Below, one piece after another: positions 1 to 9,573 of a stretch of DNA of 32,002 bases; the stretch's first letter is position 1; each line of letters starts with the position of its first letter. Origin of the DNA: Chloroflexota bacterium (GTDB taxonomy: Bacteria; Chloroflexota; Limnocylindria; Limnocylindrales; CSP1-4). Position numbers and translations under genes: made by a program. Location: NCBI GenBank assembly GCA_003169655.1, contig PNAZ01000058.1, positions 43,587 to 75,588 on the forward strand, written 5' to 3'. The notes under the pieces are model-generated. The model was not told the DNA's origin. It did not search any database and worked only from the letters and a program-made list of their open reading frames with translations.

Positions 1-887
1 GTGCTGGCCCCGCGCATGATCGACTGGCTCGGTGGGCTGGCGGTCACGCTGAAGGTCGGGTTGTAGGTGACGGCCGTCAGGTCGGCGCCGTTGTACCGAT
101 CGAGATCGACGCAACCCGTCGTGATCCCGGTCACATGGCCGCAGTCCGTGTACTGCCAGAACGTGTAGCCGTTGCCGTTCCAGTTGTTGGCCGGGACTGT
201 TGGGCTGGTCACGCCCCAGTTGGCGATCCAGAGGGTCGTGTAGCCGGCCTGGGCGATGCTCGTGTTGTTGCCGACCTTGCTCGACCAGAAGTTCGGGCTG
301 ACGTAGATCATCGGCCGGATGCCGAGCTTGGCGGTGACTTCGTCCAGCCAGGCCCGGACCCAGACCTGGAGGGCGGCCGGGGCCAGTCCACCCGTCTGCT
401 CGAGATCGAGCGCAGGCAACAGGTTGCCGGCGGTCAGGCCGGCGACGGCGACATAGTGGTCGGCCTCCTGGATCGCCTCGTTGGGGCTCGAGTCGGGCGA
501 GGCGAAGTGGTAGGCGGCCATCGGGATGCCGACCGCCATCGCCCCGGCCCGGTTCGTGGCGTACATCGGGTCGACGTAGCCGGTCCCCTCGGTCGCCTTC
601 ATCACGACGAACTGCTTGCCGGCGGCCTTGACCTGCGGCCAGTTGATCGTGACCTGCCAGCGACTGACATCGAGGCCTTCGAGGGGCGCGACGATGGTGT
701 TTGCCCGTACCCCGTTCTTCGTGTGGGACAGGGTATTGGCCGGCACGGGCACTGGCGAAGCACCAAGGACGGGAACGGGGATGGCGCCCGCCGCGAGGGT
801 GACGAGCAGGATCCCAGCCAGGATCCGGGCTGGCCAGGCCCCTCCGAATCTGGGCCTGACGGGAGGGATGGCGAGTCTCACGAGCAT
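1..887 (-). CDS. Secreted glycoside hydrolase family 25 (muramidase/lysozyme); 3' end runs off the window
   Basis: Not in the ORF track. Manual translation from ATG 887 gives MLVRLAIPP...ILAGILLVTLAAGAIP (signal-like), then LEGLDVSRWQVTINWPQVKAAGKQFVVMKATEG, AAYHFA, LPALDLEQ (DxE motif), PMIYVS, LWIANW, FWQYT and VDLDRYNG, the typical GH25 motif order. Confidence 0.9.
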   Translation of the reverse strand, partial: MLVRLAIPPVRPRFGGAWPARILAGILLVTLAAGAIPVPVLGASPVPVPANTLSHTKNGVRANTIVAPLEGLDVSRWQVTINWPQVKAAGKQFVVMKATEGTGYVDPMYATNRAGAMAVGIPMAAYHFASPDSSPNEAIQEADHYVAVAGLTAGNLLPALDLEQTGGLAPAALQVWVRAWLDEVTAKLGIRPMIYVSPNFWSSKVGNNTSIAQAGYTTLWIANWGVTSPTVPANNWNGNGYTFWQYTDCGHVTGITTGCVDLDRYNGADLTAVTYNPTFSVTASPPSQSIMRGAS

Positions 888-968
888 CTTCCGTGCGGAA
901 GACCCACCCTAGACCCCTGCGTCAACCCGGGACCATCACCCCATCGGAGCAATCCGCACCGCCATGGG

Positions 969-2339
969 TCATGGCGTAGATCGCTTTGAAGTTGGCCGGG
1001 CTGGGGCCTTGCCTCCCGGCGAGGAGGCCGACTGGCTCATTGGTCCGAGCGTTGCTCGAGCCGCGGGCCTGGGCCCCGGAGCGATCGGCTCGCTTGCACC
1101 GATCGGCGCAGGCCGGCCGGCGAGGACCCGGGTTGGCCTGCTGACGGCGACCGGCGCCGTGCTTGGCGCGCCGAGGGACGCGGGCTTGGCCATGGATCGC
1201 ACCGAGCGCGGGGCGGGCACGGCGGTTGGAACCAGGTGGGGCGCGGGCGGAGGCGCGGGCGCGGGCGCGATCCGGCGGGCGGGCTTGGCGGGCACGGCTT
1301 CGACCACGGTCGCCGGTTTCGTCGATGCCGTCGCGATCGACTTGGTGGCGGGCCGGCTCGTCGCCTTCGCCGACGGAGGCGCGGCGGCCGCCGGGGTCGC
1401 TCGTGGGGCGGCCTGCCGGGCCGGCGCATTCGTGGCTCTTGGCTGTGCCTTTGGCTGTGTGCTGCTGGGCTGAGACTTGGCACGCCGGGCGATCGGCGGC
1501 TTGGCGGCCGCCGGCGCGGGCCTGGCCGGCGTGGCCGCGGGCGATGGAATCGGCGGGTTGAGCAAGGCGGCCGACATGCTCGGCGTCGTCTCCCGCGGCG
1601 CGTCCAACAGAGCCGGCAGGCCCACGGTGACCGGCCGGACAATGAGCGGAGGCTCGGCCGCGGGCAGACTGTACAGGGCCGGCGAGGACGTCGAGCTGTC
1701 GCCCAGCAGTGGCTGCGACGTCGGAGTCGGTGGTCGGATCGTCACCTCGGTGATCGGACGCGGCGGTCCCCACAGGTCGAGGTGGACGAGCGGCTCGGCG
1801 ATGATCGGCCTCTCGCCGTGATTGAGGCGGCGCTCCTGCTCAGCGAGCGCCGTCAGCAGGCGGACCCGGATCGACGCCATCTCGGAGGCAACGTCGGCGG
1901 GCAGTCCGCGGCCGGCCTGGTTGCGGAGCATGTCCACCGTGATCTGGTAGGTGGCGATCACATTGGCGTCACCGACCAGGGTGATGTCGCAGGTGTTGAT
2001 ATCGCCGAGCTCCGCCCGCAGGGCCGTCGCTCGCCAGGCGTCACCCAAGGCGAACGCCTCGAGGACGCTCAGCCAGCCGAGGAGAATCGAGCGCGTCCGG
2101 TGGAGCTCGACGATCAGGTGCTGAACGCGGACTGGGTCGAGATGCTCCGTTTTCGCGCCGGACCGGCGGGCGCTCGCCGGGCGGTCGCCGTAGACCGAGG
2201 ACTGCGGCGCAAGGACCTTGTCCTGGACCCCCTTTAGATCGCGTCTCCGCGCCCAGGCGGCGAGGAGGGTATCGACGATCGCGAGAATGCCGAAGAACAC
2301 CCCACCAGCCGCGATCAGGAGCAGAATCGTCTGTTGCAT
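969..2339 (-). CDS. Hypothetical membrane-anchored protein with long Pro/Ala/Lys/Ser-rich disordered C-terminal tail
   Basis: 456-aa ORF: N-terminal hydrophobic helix (ILLLIAAGGVFFGILAIVDTLLAAW), a ~130-aa helical region, then a low-complexity tail. Fills the gap between flanking minus-strand genes. Confidence 0.7.
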   Translation of the reverse strand: MQQTILLLIAAGGVFFGILAIVDTLLAAWARRRDLKGVQDKVLAPQSSVYGDRPASARRSGAKTEHLDPVRVQHLIVELHRTRSILLGWLSVLEAFALGDAWRATALRAELGDINTCDITLVGDANVIATYQITVDMLRNQAGRGLPADVASEMASIRVRLLTALAEQERRLNHGERPIIAEPLVHLDLWGPPRPITEVTIRPPTPTSQPLLGDSSTSSPALYSLPAAEPPLIVRPVTVGLPALLDAPRETTPSMSAALLNPPIPSPAATPARPAPAAAKPPIARRAKSQPSSTQPKAQPRATNAPARQAAPRATPAAAAPPSAKATSRPATKSIATASTKPATVVEAVPAKPARRIAPAPAPPPAPHLVPTAVPAPRSVRSMAKPASLGAPSTAPVAVSRPTRVLAGRPAPIGASEPIAPGPRPAARATLGPMSQSASSPGGKAPARPTSKRSTP

Positions 2340-2348
2340 TGGGGGGCG

Positions 2349-2354
2349 AGTCTA
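2349..2354 (-). promoter_or_regulatory. Putative -10 element TAGACT, near-leaderless start for 969..2339
   Basis: TANNNT hexamer 9 nt upstream of the ATG; no Shine-Dalgarno visible. Confidence 0.4.
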
Positions 2355-2405
2355 CGACGAGACCATGGTCGACGCGATCATCGCGCCGACCCGGTGGGTT
2401 TGGCC

Positions 2406-4517
2406 TTAGCTGACGGCAACCGGAGGCGGACTCGCTCCGATCGAGGCAAGGGTCTTGGCAGATGCCTGGCCCTTGCTGGACGGCGCCATGACGGGTGTCC
2501 CAACTGCGCGGTCCTCCGGTTCGTGTCGAGGTCCGCGAGCATACTCGAGCAGAGCCCGTCTGAGAAGGTCCTCGGTCTGACCGCTGGCCAGGCTCATCAA
2601 TCGGGCGACATCGTCGCGGACTGTTGTGGGGGCTTCGCTGGCAGCCGCCCGAAGGACCTTCGGGTTCTCGGTCGGCTGGACCTGCTCGGAGGCGTAGAAC
2701 AGCTCCTCGTGGAGCTTCTCGCCGGGACGCAGCCCGACGATCTCGATCGGCTGGCTCTCGGGATCCCGGCCGGCGAGGCGGACCAGGTCGTGGGCGAGAT
2801 CCATGATCTTGACCGGCTCGCCCATGTCCAGGACGAACAGGTCGCCGGACCGGCCCAATGCCGAGGCGTCGAGGATCAGCCAGGCTGCCTCCGGGATGGT
2901 CATGAAGAAGCGGGTCATCGCCGGATCCGTGATCGTCAGCGGCTCGCCGTTCTCGAGCTGCTCCTGGAAGATCGGCACGACGCTGCCGTTTGAGCCGAGG
3001 ACGTTTCCGAAGCGGACAGAGACGTAGGCCCGACCGGTTCGGCGCGCGGTGTCGGCGACGAGCATCTCGGCCAATCGCTTGCTGGCGCCCATCACGCTTG
3101 TCGGCCGGACGGCCTTGTCGGTCGACACCAGGACGAACCGTTCGACTCCCGCCCGGGCGGCGGCGTCAAGGACGGCCATGGTGCCGCTCACGTTGACGAA
3201 CATCGCATCGGACGGATGCGACTCCATCATCGGGACGTGCTTGTACGCCGCGGCGTGGAAGATCACCGACGGGACTTCCGCCGAGATCAGCTGGTCCATC
3301 GACTCGCGATTGGTGATGTTGGCAAGCTGGATCTGGAGCTCGCCGTGGCCCTTGCCGTGGTCCTTGCGGGCTTCGAGCTCCCGCTGCAGGAGGTAGAGCG
3401 GGCTCTCGGCCCGGTCGACCAGGATCAAGCGGCTGGGTCCGAGGGCGAAGACCTGGCGGGCCAGCTCCGAGCCGATCGAGCCGGCGGCGCCGGTGATCAT
3501 CACGACCCGGTCCTGGACGATCTCGCTGACGCCGGCGACGTGGTCGGTCACGATCGGGCGGCGGAGGAGGTCTTCGACCCGGATTCGGCGCATTCGATAG
3601 GCATCGACGGTGCCGTCCAAGAGATCAGTCAGGGGCGGCACCGTCCGGACCTCGAGACCGAGGGCCAGGGCCTCATCGACGATCGGTCGAACGGTCGCAC
3701 CGGGCGCGCTGGGCATCGTGATCAGGAGGGTCCGGGCGCCAGTCAGGTCGGCGATCTTGGCCAGCTCGTCGCGGCCGCCGTAGACCCGCAGGCCGGCCAC
3801 GATATTGCCGGCGAGCGAGCGATCGTCATCGAGGAAGCCGACCGGGACGATCCCCGCATCGGGGTTCCGCTCGGCGGAGCGGGCCATCAGGACGCCAGTC
3901 CGGCCGGCGCCGTAGAGCAGGGTCAGGCGCCTGGCCGTGTTCAGGTTCGCGCCTGAGTGGGGCGCCCAGTCATAGGCCGCCCGGATCGCGAACCGGGAAC
4001 CGCCCAGGAGGGCGATGCTCAGGAGCATCTCGGCGGGCCAGAACGACCGCGGGAACCCGGCCGGGACGACGGGTCCGGCAACGGCGCTCAGGGTGTAGAA
4101 CACGACGACTGTCGCGACGGTCCCGATGAAGACCGCCGAGACGATCCGGATGACCTCCGGGATGCTCGCGAACCGCCACCCCCGGCTGTACAGCCCGAGG
4201 CGCAGGTTGACGATCGTGCGCACGGCCAGGAGGAGCCCGAGGACCGGCAGGAAGAGGCCAGCCAGCTCGAACCCGATGAAGCGATCGTAGCGGATCGCCA
4301 GGGCGGCATACGCCGCCACGATGGTGCCCAGCAGGTCGATCGCCAGGAGCTCTCGAGCCCGGAGTCGACGGGCGATCCGGGCAATGCCGGCCTCCACATG
4401 GAGGGCAGACGACGGCCCATGCGGGCGATGGGGTGAGGCGCGGAAGGCGCCCGCGACCCTGGGAGGGATGTGTACCGATCGGCGAGTTGTCACGACAAAA
4501 CCCCCGGGTACCGCCAT
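2406..4517 (-). CDS. Membrane-bound nucleoside-diphosphate sugar 4,6-dehydratase (PglF/CapD/WbpM family)
   Basis: About 4 N-terminal TM helices, LLYGAGRTG, ITGAAGSIGSEL, FHAAAYKHVPMME, STDKAVRPTSVMGASKR, VRFGNVLGSNGSV and GLRPGEKLHEEL. Exact start uncertain. Confidence 0.95.
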   Translation of the reverse strand: MAVPGGFVVTTRRSVHIPPRVAGAFRASPHRPHGPSSALHVEAGIARIARRLRARELLAIDLLGTIVAAYAALAIRYDRFIGFELAGLFLPVLGLLLAVRTIVNLRLGLYSRGWRFASIPEVIRIVSAVFIGTVATVVVFYTLSAVAGPVVPAGFPRSFWPAEMLLSIALLGGSRFAIRAAYDWAPHSGANLNTARRLTLLYGAGRTGVLMARSAERNPDAGIVPVGFLDDDRSLAGNIVAGLRVYGGRDELAKIADLTGARTLLITMPSAPGATVRPIVDEALALGLEVRTVPPLTDLLDGTVDAYRMRRIRVEDLLRRPIVTDHVAGVSEIVQDRVVMITGAAGSIGSELARQVFALGPSRLILVDRAESPLYLLQRELEARKDHGKGHGELQIQLANITNRESMDQLISAEVPSVIFHAAAYKHVPMMESHPSDAMFVNVSGTMAVLDAAARAGVERFVLVSTDKAVRPTSVMGASKRLAEMLVADTARRTGRAYVSVRFGNVLGSNGSVVPIFQEQLENGEPLTITDPAMTRFFMTIPEAAWLILDASALGRSGDLFVLDMGEPVKIMDLAHDLVRLAGRDPESQPIEIVGLRPGEKLHEELFYASEQVQPTENPKVLRAAASEAPTTVRDDVARLMSLASGQTEDLLRRALLEYARGPRHEPEDRAVGTPVMAPSSKGQASAKTLASIGASPPPVAVS

Positions 4518-4669
4518 ACGACGGCACGACCGATGGCGCGCGGATGATAAGTCATGCTCGGACCCGGCCGCACCCAGATCTCCCGGGGACGCGCCACCCT
4601 GGAAATCCTGAGCCGCCTACGCCGTTGACCACGATGAAAAGAGGTGTGGCCTCAGCTCGTAGACGATAG

Positions 4670-4784
4670 GCCATTTGGGCCCGTCGGGCTAGTACTCCGG
4701 GGGCCCAAATGGCATTGATTCGTTGCATCAATGCACCAGCCAGCCGTGAGCGAGCGGCCAGGGGTACTAGTCGCGTCCGACGGG
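4670..4784. repeat. Cluster of overlapping inverted repeats in the degT-pglF intergenic region
   Basis: GCCATTTGGGCCC 4670-4682 / GGGCCCAAATGGC 4701-4713; GCATTGAT 4712-4719 / ATCAATGC 4727-4734; CCCGTCGG 4680-4687 / CCGACGGG 4777-4784; CTAGTAC 4689-4695 / GTACTAG 4764-4770. Confidence 0.75.
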
Positions 4785-4842
4785 TCGTTGCCCCTGGGCA
4801 CCAGTGGGCCGCGGCGGACGAGCGGGCGAGCGGGCGTTTGAG

Positions 4843-6033
4843 CTAGCGTCGGGCGGGAGTGAGGAGTTCGCCCAATGCCCCGACGACCCGGTCAAGGTCG
4901 ACGTCGGCCATTCCCGGCCAGATCGGCAGGGAGATCACCCGCTCAAACTCTCGGCTGGCGATGGGTAAGGCTCGTGGCGTCGTCTCCGGTCGAGACCGGT
5001 AATACGGGTGGAGGTGGAGCGGAATGAAGTGCACGCTCGCCCCGATTCCTCGTGCCTGGAGGCCGTCCATGACCGCCGCCCGGTCGATTCTCAAGCGCTC
5101 GAGCCGGAGTCGGACAACATACAGATGCCAGGCGTGGGACTCGTCGGGAGCGTCAGCCGGGAGATCGAGCAGGTCGTCGAACCCGGATCCGAGGAAACGC
5201 CGGCGGTAGCCGGCGGCAAGCTCGCGTCGCGCGGCAAGGAGCTCCTCGGCTCGACTCAGCTGGGCCAGGCCGAGAGCCGCCGCCAGGTCGGTCATGTTGT
5301 ATTTGAAGCCGGCGTCCTCGATCTCGTACGACCAGCTGCCGCCGGCCGCATACCGGTTCCAGGCATGGCGGCTGATCCCATGGAGGCCCATCAGGCGGGC
5401 CCGGTCGGCCAGTGCGTCGTCGTCGGTCACGAGCATCCCGCCCTCGCCGGTGGTGATCGTCTTCGTCGCGTAGAACGAGAACGCGCCGGCGCGCCCGATC
5501 GTGCCTGCGAACCGCCCGCCGAGCTCGGCGATCCGGCTCGGGAAAGCGTGGGCCGTATCTTCGACAACCGGAATCCCGCGGCGGTCGAGGCGATCCACGA
5601 GCTCGCCGATCGCCATCGGCCGGCCACCGAAGTGAACGGCGACGACCGCCTTCGTCCGCGGCGTGATGGCCTCCTCGATCGTTTCCGGGGTGGCGTTGAG
5701 GGTCGCGGCGTCGACATCAACCAGGACCGGCACCGCATCGCGATAGACGACCACCTCGGCACTCGCCGCGAAGGTCCAGGTGGGCACGATGACCTCGTCG
5801 CCTGGCCCGACCCCGAGCCCCTCGAGCGCCAGGTGGAGGGCGGCCGTGGCCGAGTTGAACGCCAGCGCGTGGCGGCTCCCGACGGTCTCAGCGAAGCGCG
5901 CTTCGAACTCCTTGGTCCGGGGTCCGGTCGTCAGCCAGCCAGAGTCCAGGACATCGAGGACCGCCGCCCGCTCGAGGGCGGTGATCGACGGTCGGGCGAA
6001 CGGCAGGAATTCGAGCGACGCTTCAGCCTTCAT
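4843..6033 (-). CDS. DegT/DnrJ/EryC1/StrS family PLP-dependent sugar aminotransferase
   Basis: SGWLTTGP, NSATAALHL, VVEDTAHAF, FSFYATKTITTGEGGM (PLP lysine), GFKYNMTD and HAWHLY. Start overlaps the upstream stop (ATGA). Confidence 0.95.
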   Translation of the reverse strand: MKAEASLEFLPFARPSITALERAAVLDVLDSGWLTTGPRTKEFEARFAETVGSRHALAFNSATAALHLALEGLGVGPGDEVIVPTWTFAASAEVVVYRDAVPVLVDVDAATLNATPETIEEAITPRTKAVVAVHFGGRPMAIGELVDRLDRRGIPVVEDTAHAFPSRIAELGGRFAGTIGRAGAFSFYATKTITTGEGGMLVTDDDALADRARLMGLHGISRHAWNRYAAGGSWSYEIEDAGFKYNMTDLAAALGLAQLSRAEELLAARRELAAGYRRRFLGSGFDDLLDLPADAPDESHAWHLYVVRLRLERLRIDRAAVMDGLQARGIGASVHFIPLHLHPYYRSRPETTPRALPIASREFERVISLPIWPGMADVDLDRVVGALGELLTPARR

Positions 6034-6782
6034 CGAGCAACTGCCAACAGCGTCCGGCCCAGGAGGTTGAGGTCCGAGGCCAGCGAGCGGTGGGCCAGGT
6101 AGGCAGCGTCGAGGGCCAGCTTCGCCGGCAGGATCTCCTCGACGTACCTCTGTTCGATGTCGCGGCTGGCCAGGAGCGACTCCTCGTGCCTGAACTCGAT
6201 CTGGGCCGGGCCGGTGATCCCCGGGCGAGCACAGAACACCGCCCGATGGAGTGGATTCGACCAGTCCGCGTAGCGGGGATCCTCGGGCCGGGGGCCAACC
6301 AGGCTCATCTCGCCTCGGAGAACGTTCCAGAGCTGGGGCAGCTCATCGAACTTGGCCTGGCGCAGTACGCGGCCGACCCGCGTGATTCGAGCGTCACCGG
6401 CGGCCGTGACGGCGGGTCCAGCGATGGCCGCCCGCATCGTTCGCAGCTTCAGTGCGTGGAAGGGCCGACCGCCTTCACCCATCCGGACCGCCGAGTAGAA
6501 CAGCGGACCGCTGTCTCCGGAGATCCGATTGGCGATGAACGTGGCGGCCAGGACGGGTCCGGAACAGACCAGCAAGGGGACACCGATCACGACGTCCAGG
6601 CAGCGTTTCCAGAACGGGAAGGCCGGCTGCGGCACCACCGAAGCGGCTCCGACGGTCGCGCTGGAGACGATCTGATCATGCACGGTTGGAAACCTGATCT
6701 CCGATTGAGGCTGGGGCAAATCGTAGCGTCTTGCCGGTCCGGGCGAAGTCCCGAGCCTAGGGATTCCTGATCCGATTGACAA
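6030..6782 (-). CDS. Priming sugar (phosphoglycosyl) transferase, PglC/WcaJ C-terminal type
   Basis: KRCLDVV plus TM, KLRTM, DARITRVGRVLR, DELPQLWNVLRGEMSLVGPRPE and RPGITGPAQ. Start may be further downstream. Confidence 0.93.
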   Translation of the reverse strand: MSIGSGIPRLGTSPGPARRYDLPQPQSEIRFPTVHDQIVSSATVGAASVVPQPAFPFWKRCLDVVIGVPLLVCSGPVLAATFIANRISGDSGPLFYSAVRMGEGGRPFHALKLRTMRAAIAGPAVTAAGDARITRVGRVLRQAKFDELPQLWNVLRGEMSLVGPRPEDPRYADWSNPLHRAVFCARPGITGPAQIEFRHEESLLASRDIEQRYVEEILPAKLALDAAYLAHRSLASDLNLLGRTLLAVAR

Positions 6783-6836
6783 GGTGGTTCGGGAGAGGAG
6801 CGGTGCCCGAGGGCACCCGTGGGACTGGCCGGCCGC

Positions 6837-8870
6837 TCAGCGGCGCACTGCGTTCGCCGGCACACCGACGGCGGTGCTCGAGTTGAGGCGATCGACGATC
6901 GTCTTGAAATCCACGGTCGACCGCCGCGAGGGGACGCTCCGGATGAGCCGTTCGTGGAGCAGCCCCGTGGACAGAACGCCGACGAGAGCCATGTTGTCGG
7001 TATTCGAAAACTGCTTGCCGGCCGGCCAGTCCTGGACCTTGCGCCAGAGCTGGCCGACTGCCGCCGGGTTGAAGACCCCCGCCTCGCTCACGGCGCTCTC
7101 GCTGATCACCTCAGCGACCCAGTCGACCGGGTTCGGCCCAGTGAATGACAATGCGTCCGGCGCCCGGAAGGGCTGCTTGGAGCGACGAATGATGTCGGCC
7201 GGCACGAGCCCTGCCGCCGCGCGCTTGAGGATGTGCTTCTCGTCCAGCCCGCGGAGCTTGAACGCTGGCGACAGGGAGTTCGCCAACGCCACGACGTTGA
7301 TGTCCAGGAACGGGAACCTGCCCTCGACCGAGTGGGCCATCAGCATCCGGTCGCCCTGCGATGAGAGCAGGTAGCCCGACAGCAGGGTGCGCACCTCGAG
7401 GTACTGGTCCTGGGCCAGGAACGACCAGGACTCGAAGGCCGGCGGGAGTGAGGCGAGCAGGCGCCCGACGACGTCGACCTGGGCTGCCCGTTCGTGCACC
7501 TCGGCGACGAACAGGCGCTGGAGGGCGGCCGCTGATTGCCAGCGGATCTGGTGGGCAAACCCGGCCTCGGCCCACGTGGCCCGATCGCGCCCGAAGAACT
7601 CCCGGGCCATCGCCTGCTGGGCCGTGGGCGACCGGGCGAGGTACGGGTAGAGCCGTTCGAGCAATCGCGGCCGAAGCTTCGATCCGGGTTGCCGGCCCCA
7701 GAACCGGCGCACCTTGCCTTCGCGGAAGATGTCGTAGCCCGCGAACATCTCGTCGGCGCCCTCGCCGGTGAGGACGACCTTGATGCCGGTCTCGTGGACC
7801 AGTCGCGACAGCAGGAAGAGCGGTGCTGCTGCCGTGCGCAGGAGCGGGCGCTCGGCGTGGGCGACCACGTCGGGAAAGACATCGGCGATATCCCGACGGC
7901 TGACCGTGATCTCGTGATGGTCGCTTTCGATGAGCGCGGCCACCGATCGTTGGAACGCTGTCTCGTCGTACTCGGCATCTTCGAACCGGATCGAGAACGT
8001 GTTGAACTTGTCGCCCTTGACCCGCCGCCCGAGCGCTGCGACGAGCGAGCTGTCAAGCCCGCCCGAGAGGTACGACCCGACAGGCACGTCGGCGCGCAGC
8101 ATCCGCAGCCGGACTGCGTCCTCGAGCGCGGAGCGGACTCGCTCGGCCGCACCCTCGATCGACTCCTGCGATGCTGCCTGTGGCGCGGGATAGCTCGGCG
8201 TCCAGTAGGCCCGGTCCGTGGTCGTCTCCCGAGAGATCGTCCGAACGTGACCCGGCTCGAGCTCGGTGATCCCTTCGAAGACCGCCTGCGGGGCGACGCT
8301 GGTCCAGAAGGTGAATGTCTCGGCCAGGCCGACCGGGTCGAGCCGGCGCGGGATCGAAGGGTCGCCGGCGAAGATCGCCTTGACCTCGCTCGCGAACCAC
8401 AGCCGCCCGCCGTGGGTGCACAGGAACAGGGGTCGAACGCCCAGCCGGTCACGGGCCAGGACGAGCGTGGCCGTATCCGAGTTCCAGAGTGCCAGGGCAA
8501 ACTGGCCGTTGAACCGGGCAAAGGCGTCGTCCGCCCATTGCTCGTAGGCGTGGACGATGACTTCGGTGTCGCTGGCGGTCCGGAACTGATGCCCCAGCTG
8601 GACGAGCTCCGCCCGAAGCTCGACGTAGTTGTAGATCTCGCCGTTGAACACGATCCACAGCGAGCCCGATTCGTTGCATATCGGCTGCTGGCCCGTCGCC
8701 AGGTCGATGATCGAGAGGCGGGCCATGGCCAGTCCCGCGGTCCGATCGCGATACAGGCCGAACTCATCCGGCCCGCGATGGCGGATCGCAGCGATCATCG
8801 CCGTCAGGTCTTCACGCGTCGGTGGGCCAACCCCATCGCCCAACGCGATCGACCCTGCAATTCCGCACAC
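6837..8870 (-). CDS. asnB: Asparagine synthase (glutamine-hydrolysing)-like amidotransferase
   Basis: N-terminal MCGIAG (Ntn Cys2), HRGPD, NGEIYNY, RDRLGVRPL, SGGLDSS, TGEGADE and DRMLMAHSVEGRFPFLD. Confidence 0.95.
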   Translation of the reverse strand: MCGIAGSIALGDGVGPPTREDLTAMIAAIRHRGPDEFGLYRDRTAGLAMARLSIIDLATGQQPICNESGSLWIVFNGEIYNYVELRAELVQLGHQFRTASDTEVIVHAYEQWADDAFARFNGQFALALWNSDTATLVLARDRLGVRPLFLCTHGGRLWFASEVKAIFAGDPSIPRRLDPVGLAETFTFWTSVAPQAVFEGITELEPGHVRTISRETTTDRAYWTPSYPAPQAASQESIEGAAERVRSALEDAVRLRMLRADVPVGSYLSGGLDSSLVAALGRRVKGDKFNTFSIRFEDAEYDETAFQRSVAALIESDHHEITVSRRDIADVFPDVVAHAERPLLRTAAAPLFLLSRLVHETGIKVVLTGEGADEMFAGYDIFREGKVRRFWGRQPGSKLRPRLLERLYPYLARSPTAQQAMAREFFGRDRATWAEAGFAHQIRWQSAAALQRLFVAEVHERAAQVDVVGRLLASLPPAFESWSFLAQDQYLEVRTLLSGYLLSSQGDRMLMAHSVEGRFPFLDINVVALANSLSPAFKLRGLDEKHILKRAAAGLVPADIIRRSKQPFRAPDALSFTGPNPVDWVAEVISESAVSEAGVFNPAAVGQLWRKVQDWPAGKQFSNTDNMALVGVLSTGLLHERLIRSVPSRRSTVDFKTIVDRLNSSTAVGVPANAVRR

Positions 8871-8872
8871 AG

Positions 8873-9547
8873 CTAGTCTTCCGAGCCAGCGTCGGCGATC
8901 GCCGGTCGTTCCACGCCGGCCGCCGGTCGGCGTTCAAAGATGAAGACCCAGCGGATTCCGAGGAGGCGTCCGAGCGATCCGTCCGCGGCCCGAAGGACCG
9001 CGCCCGGCAGCTGGCTGTAGAGCACGGATGGCAGGATCTGGTGCCGGAATCGATGGACGAGGTCAAACCCCGCCCGGTCGGCGATCCGAAGATGGTCCCG
9101 GGCTCGGCTCCAGTGCTCACCCCACAGGTTTGGCAGGATAAAGATGAACCGGCCACCTGCTGGCAGGGCCGCATGGACGGATTCGTAGGTCTCCTCGACG
9201 AGCTCGAGGTCAGGCGTGATCAGGACCGAGATCGACTGGGCCAGGACGTTCGTGTAGTGCCGATCGATGCCACTCACCAGGTCGGTGGCATCCATGATCC
9301 TGGCCTGGAGTCCCCGCGACAGCATGAAGTCCACGAGGAAGGGCTGGACGTCGGACGGGGTCACATCCAGTCCCCTCGCAGCCAGGAGCTCGGAGAGCTG
9401 GCCGCAGCCGGCGCCGATTTCGAGGATCGGACCCGGCCGGAAGTAGGGCACCAGGGTCGGGATGAATAGCGCGTCCTTGGCGCGTTGACGCCGCGTCGTC
9501 GCAAGCATCGTCGGTAGTACGCCGGGAACGTAGTGAAATTCGGTCAT
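8873..9547 (-). CDS. Class I SAM-dependent methyltransferase
   Basis: Motif I ILEIGAGCGQLS, acidic motif II (PSDVQP) and post-motif LPAGGRFIF. Stop lies 2 nt before the asnB start. Confidence 0.8.
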   Translation of the reverse strand: MTEFHYVPGVLPTMLATTRRQRAKDALFIPTLVPYFRPGPILEIGAGCGQLSELLAARGLDVTPSDVQPFLVDFMLSRGLQARIMDATDLVSGIDRHYTNVLAQSISVLITPDLELVEETYESVHAALPAGGRFIFILPNLWGEHWSRARDHLRIADRAGFDLVHRFRHQILPSVLYSQLPGAVLRAADGSLGRLLGIRWVFIFERRPAAGVERPAIADAGSED

Positions 9548-9573
9548 CTGCCAGTGCCAGCCTATCTGCCCGG

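Noticed and set aside
135-989. 284-aa plus-strand ORF
   Set aside because: Antisense to the GH25 gene, which has clear family motifs.
1-2339. Prophage lysis cassette (GH25 endolysin)
   Set aside because: The GH25 protein has a signal-like N-terminus, and no holin or phage structural genes are visible; the left flank cannot be seen.
4670-4800. Known riboswitch (c-di-GMP-I) or tRNA
   Set aside because: The conserved GGCAAA/GNRA-receptor layout and a cloverleaf are not identifiable; kept only as an unclassified structure.
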